From positions 1,024,001-1,088,000 of the forward strand of contig OZ242041.1 in NCBI GenBank assembly GCA_965205215.1: a DNA stretch of 64,000 nucleotides. Reading direction: 5' to 3'. Origin of the DNA: Nitrosopumilus sp. GTDB taxonomy: Archaea; Thermoproteota; Nitrososphaeria; Nitrososphaerales; Nitrosopumilaceae. The translations under genes were made by a program, and so were the position numbers. Shown here piece after piece: positions 59,609-64,000 of the stretch. The notes beneath the pieces are model-generated. The model worked only from the letters and a program-made list of their open reading frames with translations. It did no database searches and was not told where the DNA came from. Position 1 is the stretch's first letter. Each line of letters opens with the position of its first letter.

Positions 59609-60877
59609 GTGTCGGCGGGGCCAGCATTGAGCAAGGTAAAGGGCGGGGCCAAACTTGAGCGGCATGGCAAAACCTCGTACGAGTGGGCCAAATCTCACAT
59701 GCAGATACTTGACAATACCATATCCCGCCTCAAGAAGAGGGGCGACGGCAAGCCCCTCAGGGACGTTACGGTCGGACTGTGCCTGCACATCACAAAGGAG
59801 ACCTCCGTCCTGCTGATGGGCCTCAAGGGCCTGGGGGCCGAGGTGGCCTGCTGCGGGGGCAACCCGCTCACCACCCAGGACGACATTGCCACGTTTCTGG
59901 CATCGCAGGGGGTGCACACCTACGCGTGGAGCACCGAGACCCAGAAGGAGTACGACTGGTGCATCTCAAAGGTGTTGGGGCACAAGCCCTCCATACTGGT
60001 GGACGACGGGGCCGACATGAACATAATGGCGCACTTTGATCCGCGCTTTTCCAAACTTGACATAAAGGGGGCCACGGAGGAGACCACCGCGGGCGTCAAC
60101 CGCATACGCGCCGTGCAGAAGCAGGGCAAGCTGCGCTATCCGGTGATACTGGTAAACGAGGCCCATACAAAGCACCTCTTTGACAACCGCTACGGGACGG
60201 GACAGTCTACCATAGACGGCTACCTGCGGGCCATGAACCTGCTGATGGCATCCAAGCGCGTGGTGGTTGCCGGGTACGGCTGGGTCGGCAAGGGCGTGGC
60301 CGCCCGGTGCCGCGGCATGGGCTCGCGCGTGGTGGTGACGGAGGTCGACCCGGTAAGGGCCCTCGAGGCGTTCATGGACGGGTTCGACGTCGAGCCCATG
60401 TCAAAGGCGTGCAGGACGGGCCAGGTGTTCATAACCTGCACGGGCATGCGCGACGTCATCACGAGGGAGCACATAGACCGGATGCCGGACTCTGCCGTTA
60501 TGGGAAACGTGGGGCACTTTGACGTGGAGATTGACAGCGACTACCTACTGAACCGCTCCCGGTCGGTCCGGCAGGTCAGGCCCAGCCTCGACGAGTGCGT
60601 CCTGAAGAGCGGCAAAAAGGTCTATCTTGTGGGCAAGGGGCGCCTTGCAAACCTGGTCGCGGCAGAGGGGCACCCGCCGGAGGTGATGGCCCAGTCGTTC
60701 TCAAACCAGCTGAGCTCCGTAATGTACATACTGGAGAACCACCAGAACATGAAAAACGAGATACTAAACGTGCCCGAGTCGATAGACAAGCAGGTGGCCG
60801 TCGACGCGCTCGGCGCCCTGGGGGTCCGTATAGACAGGCTCACCAAGGAGCAGTCCCAGTACGCGGAGAGTTGGTAG
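59609..60877 (+). CDS. ahcY: Adenosylhomocysteinase
   Basis: NPLTTQD, DDGAD, EETTAG, KHLFDNRYGTGQS, GYGWVGKG, GHFDVEI, GRLANL..AEGHP. Confidence 0.96.
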   Translation: MSAGPALSKVKGGAKLERHGKTSYEWAKSHMQILDNTISRLKKRGDGKPLRDVTVGLCLHITKETSVLLMGLKGLGAEVACCGGNPLTTQDDIATFLASQGVHTYAWSTETQKEYDWCISKVLGHKPSILVDDGADMNIMAHFDPRFSKLDIKGATEETTAGVNRIRAVQKQGKLRYPVILVNEAHTKHLFDNRYGTGQSTIDGYLRAMNLLMASKRVVVAGYGWVGKGVAARCRGMGSRVVVTEVDPVRALEAFMDGFDVEPMSKACRTGQVFITCTGMRDVITREHIDRMPDSAVMGNVGHFDVEIDSDYLLNRSRSVRQVRPSLDECVLKSGKKVYLVGKGRLANLVAAEGHPPEVMAQSFSNQLSSVMYILENHQNMKNEILNVPESIDKQVAVDALGALGVRIDRLTKEQSQYAESW

Positions 60878-60908
60878 GCTTTTAACCAATGTGCCGCACA
60901 TCCAGTTC

Positions 60909-62759
60909 ATGAAATCGACTACAAGCGGCACGCCGCGCCGCAGGGCCATAATAACGAGCGCCCTCCCGTACGCAAACGGCGAGATACACCTAGGGCACGT
61001 CGCGTCCACGTACCTTCCGGCCGATGTCACGTGCCGCTACCTGAGGATGGCAGGTACGGAGGCGTATTATGTATGCGCGTCCGACGACTTTGGCACGCCC
61101 ATCCTGATACAGTCCGAGAAGGAGGGCGTAACGCCGCAGGAGTACGTGGCCGGGTGGAACAGGAGGGACAGGGAGGACTTTGAGGCGTTCGGCATCCGGT
61201 TTGACTGCTTTTCGCAGACCAGTTCGGAGCGCAACGTGGCGTTCGTCCAGGACGTGTTTACAAAGCTCGACGAGGCCGGGCACATATTCGAGCAGGACGT
61301 GGTGCAGTTTTACTGCGAATACGACTCAAAGTTCCTGCCCGACCGCTACGTCAGGGGCACGTGCCCCTACTGCGGGGCGCCCGACCAGTACTCTGACCTC
61401 TGCGAGGCCTGCGGCCGCGTCCCGGAGGAGATATCCGACCCAAAGTGCTCCATATGCGGGGCCGCCCCGACAAAGAGGCGCTCCACCCACGCGTTCTTCC
61501 GCCTGAGCAGCTTTGCAGGCCCGCTCTCCTCTTGGCTTGAGGGCAACGAGAACCTCCAGGCCGACGTCAAGCGGTACGTGCAGAACTGGATAACCTCCGG
61601 GCTCTCGGACTGGGACATCACACGCGACATCCCGTGGGGGGTGCCGGTGCCGCCGCGGCGTGACGGCGACGGCGGCGGAGCCCCCAGGGTCTTTTACGGC
61701 TGGTTTGACAACCATCTTGCGTACATATCGTCCGCGATGGAATTCCTCGAGTCGAGGGGAATGAACGGAAAAGAGTTCTGGAACTCGGCCGACATTTATC
61801 ATTTCATCGGCAAGGACATAGTATACCACCACTACCTGTTCCTCCCCGCGATGAGGCTGGGCATAAACTCCGAGTTCAAGCTGCCCGACTATGTCCCGAC
61901 GCGCGGGCACCTGACGCTGCAGTCAAAAAAGATCTCAAAGAGCCGCAACTGGTACATCGGGCTGCGCGAGTTTCTCCAGCATTACCCGGCCGACTATCTC
62001 CGGTACTATCTGGTGGCCATAAACCCGTACTCGCAGGACGACCTGAATTTCGACTGGGACGAGTTTGCGGCCAGGATAAACGCAGAGCTCATCGGGAATC
62101 TGGGCAACCTGGTCAACAGGGCGCTCGGGTTCACCACCAAGAAGTTCGGCGGCGCGGTGCCGGAGCCCGGCCCGTTCGACGACATGGATGAGGAGGCCGC
62201 GTCCCGGATCGCCAAACTTGCGGCCGAGACCGGCGCGCTGATGGACCAGAACCACCTTGACAGGGCGCTCAAGAAGATAATGGCATTCTCATCACACTTC
62301 AACCAGTACTTTCAGCACAAGGAACCGTGGAAGGCCGTCCCCAAGCAGGGATCCGAGGAGGTGGCGGATGCGGGGGCATCTGCAGACGCGGCAGCAGCGG
62401 CAGGCAGTATGCAGTCTGCCCAGACGTGCATGTACCTGTCGATCAACGCGGTGAGATCGATTGCAGTGACGGTGTGTCCGTTCCTACCAGAGTCGGCCGT
62501 GCGCATATGGGGCCAGCTTGGGCTTGACGGCAGCCCCGAGGACTCTGCGTGGGACGGCGCGTCGGACATGCTCATAAAGCCAGGCCACCGGCTCGGCTCC
62601 GTCTCCCCCCTCTTTGCGCGCGTCGAGGACGACGAGATCAAGAGGCACAAGGAGCAGCTTGGGCGCTTTGATGATGATGATTCTGCAACCGATCCCGCCA
62701 CCGATCCCGGGGGGAACCGCAGCGGCAAAGACGGCAACCACGCGTGCGAACCGCAATGA
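60909..62759 (+). CDS. metG: Methionine--tRNA ligase
   Basis: ALPYANG.IHLGH, Zn knuckles, FIGKDI, KISKS. Confidence 0.96.
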   Translation: MKSTTSGTPRRRAIITSALPYANGEIHLGHVASTYLPADVTCRYLRMAGTEAYYVCASDDFGTPILIQSEKEGVTPQEYVAGWNRRDREDFEAFGIRFDCFSQTSSERNVAFVQDVFTKLDEAGHIFEQDVVQFYCEYDSKFLPDRYVRGTCPYCGAPDQYSDLCEACGRVPEEISDPKCSICGAAPTKRRSTHAFFRLSSFAGPLSSWLEGNENLQADVKRYVQNWITSGLSDWDITRDIPWGVPVPPRRDGDGGGAPRVFYGWFDNHLAYISSAMEFLESRGMNGKEFWNSADIYHFIGKDIVYHHYLFLPAMRLGINSEFKLPDYVPTRGHLTLQSKKISKSRNWYIGLREFLQHYPADYLRYYLVAINPYSQDDLNFDWDEFAARINAELIGNLGNLVNRALGFTTKKFGGAVPEPGPFDDMDEEAASRIAKLAAETGALMDQNHLDRALKKIMAFSSHFNQYFQHKEPWKAVPKQGSEEVADAGASADAAAAAGSMQSAQTCMYLSINAVRSIAVTVCPFLPESAVRIWGQLGLDGSPEDSAWDGASDMLIKPGHRLGSVSPLFARVEDDEIKRHKEQLGRFDDDDSATDPATDPGGNRSGKDGNHACEPQ

Positions 62760-63685
62760 CTCCCAGACACGAACCCCTGCAAAACGCCGTGCGCGCGCAC
62801 CGCGTACCGCGAATCACCACGCGCGGCTGTTACAATTTGGTTGACGGCAGGTCCCTGCGCTCGGGCGTGACGTACCGGCTGTACCCGCGCCGCTACTTTG
62901 AGGACACAATTCGCGGCTCGCCCGAACTTGTCGTAATGGTACACGGGCTTCGCAACGACGACCGGGGCGCCTTGGAGAAGGTGGTGATTGCAAGGGACAT
63001 GCTCGCCCGGCTGGGCCGCGGCGCCCGAAAAGACACGCAGCTGCCCCCCGTGGTGGGGTTCAGCTATGACTCGAACACGCTGGGCGCGCACGTCAGGAAG
63101 CATCAGCGCAGGGCCCTTGAGGCCGGCAGGCGCATTGCAAGGGCAAACGGCAGGCACCTTGCCAAGTTTGTAACTGACTTCAAGCGGGATCGGGCAAACC
63201 TTGACACAAGAGTGCGGCTCCTCGGGCACTCGCTTGGCTCGGAGGTGATATTCCATTGTGTGATGCACCTGGCCTACGGCCCGCTGGGAGGCCCTCCTGC
63301 CGCCTCTGCTGCCGCCGGACTGCGCCCCTACTCGCGCGGAATCATAGAAAGCGTGCACCTCTTCGGCTCGTCCCTGCCTGCGGATGTGCAAGATGGCGCG
63401 GCGGCGCGACTCGCGATAGACCACGCCGTACGCGACAGGCTGGTAAACTGCTACGCCCCGTCCGACGACGTCCTGCTCCAGGCCGAATCCGAGGAGTTCT
63501 TCCCCGGCGGCGTCGGGCCGCTGGGCCTGCGCGGCGCCGCCTCCCGCTCCGCGGCGCTCCGCGGCTCGCCGCGCGGCCGCAGAAGGGAGGCGCCGGTTAC
63601 GGCCTCCAAGTACCGACAGAGGCTGCTACACCCTGCAAACCACCGGTTTGCAAGCTATGCCGACGCCCTGCAGTCGTTCCCGTAA
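62756..63685 (+). CDS. Alpha/beta hydrolase-fold protein (DUF726/DUF900-like)
   Basis: VHGL, GHSLG nucleophile elbow, SDDVL, C-terminal H; ATG overlaps the metG stop. Confidence 0.8.
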   Translation: MTPRHEPLQNAVRAHRVPRITTRGCYNLVDGRSLRSGVTYRLYPRRYFEDTIRGSPELVVMVHGLRNDDRGALEKVVIARDMLARLGRGARKDTQLPPVVGFSYDSNTLGAHVRKHQRRALEAGRRIARANGRHLAKFVTDFKRDRANLDTRVRLLGHSLGSEVIFHCVMHLAYGPLGGPPAASAAAGLRPYSRGIIESVHLFGSSLPADVQDGAAARLAIDHAVRDRLVNCYAPSDDVLLQAESEEFFPGGVGPLGLRGAASRSAALRGSPRGRRREAPVTASKYRQRLLHPANHRFASYADALQSFP

Positions 63686-63725
63686 CGATCGGCTGACTCT
63701 TAAGGGCACGTCGCGCCGGCCCTGC

Positions 63726-64000
63726 ATGGCTTCTGGCAAACGGGAGGGGCCGGCGTCGGTCAACTTTTGCGTCCTGGGCCGCAAGGAGACCGCGCTAGAG
63801 TTCGGCAAGGCGGGCACGTCCTCCGACATCACCATACACGACAAAAAGGCGCGCGACATCGTAAGGACGTGGGTGGTGGCAACAGGGTTTCCAGAAAAGA
63901 TCCCCCCCTTGTTCCAGGCCATCTTGATGTCAGAGTACGTGATCTTTCATGTCGATGCGCTGGACCGCTTTACGGGAGAGCAGATCGTCGCCCTGGACAC
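63726..64000 (+). CDS. SelB-like / EF-Tu-domain protein, N-terminal part (runs off window)
   Basis: Manual translation ...FGKAGTSSDITIHD...GFPEKIPPLFQAI..SEY...LDRFTGEQIVALD resembles archaeal SelB-like proteins. Confidence 0.7.
   Translation, partial: MASGKREGPASVNFCVLGRKETALEFGKAGTSSDITIHDKKARDIVRTWVVATGFPEKIPPLFQAILMSEYVIFHVDALDRFTGEQIVALD

Overview
High-GC archaeal chromosome segment. Gene content points to an ammonia-oxidising thaumarchaeon (Nitrosopumilaceae / Cenarchaeum-like): the rpo10-eno-rps2-mvk-ipk-idi-gds-gltX superoperon with a type-1 IDI, hemL-hemC-cobA-hemD, pdaD, the IPxWIKxNAGWW surface domains and the cupredoxin and Rieske genes. A host-associated lineage is an inference from the NHL/RTX and DUF285 surface proteins and the many low-complexity insertions. 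Three tRNAs are present: His-GTG, Leu-GAG and Thr-TGT. The accessory region (about 18-49 kb) holds an arsenic/phosphate cluster, an HNH nuclease, an IS110-superfamily element and large repeat surface proteins. The main discovery is the IS element (29013-30313). It has IS1111-like sub-terminal inverted repeats and a GA core at both junctions. Its upstream non-coding region can be folded by eye into a bridge/seek-RNA with guides matching the two flanking microsatellites (TTG)8 and (TGTGTGGT)6 and, more weakly, the circle junction. A TATA-like box in the right end would drive this RNA only after circularisation. Other candidate cis-elements are four tandem TTAG-N6-CTAA boxes, a shared 11-mer upstream of pstS and pstC, and a 20-bp ArsR palindrome. 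All structures and family assignments were made by eye, with no database searches or folding software.
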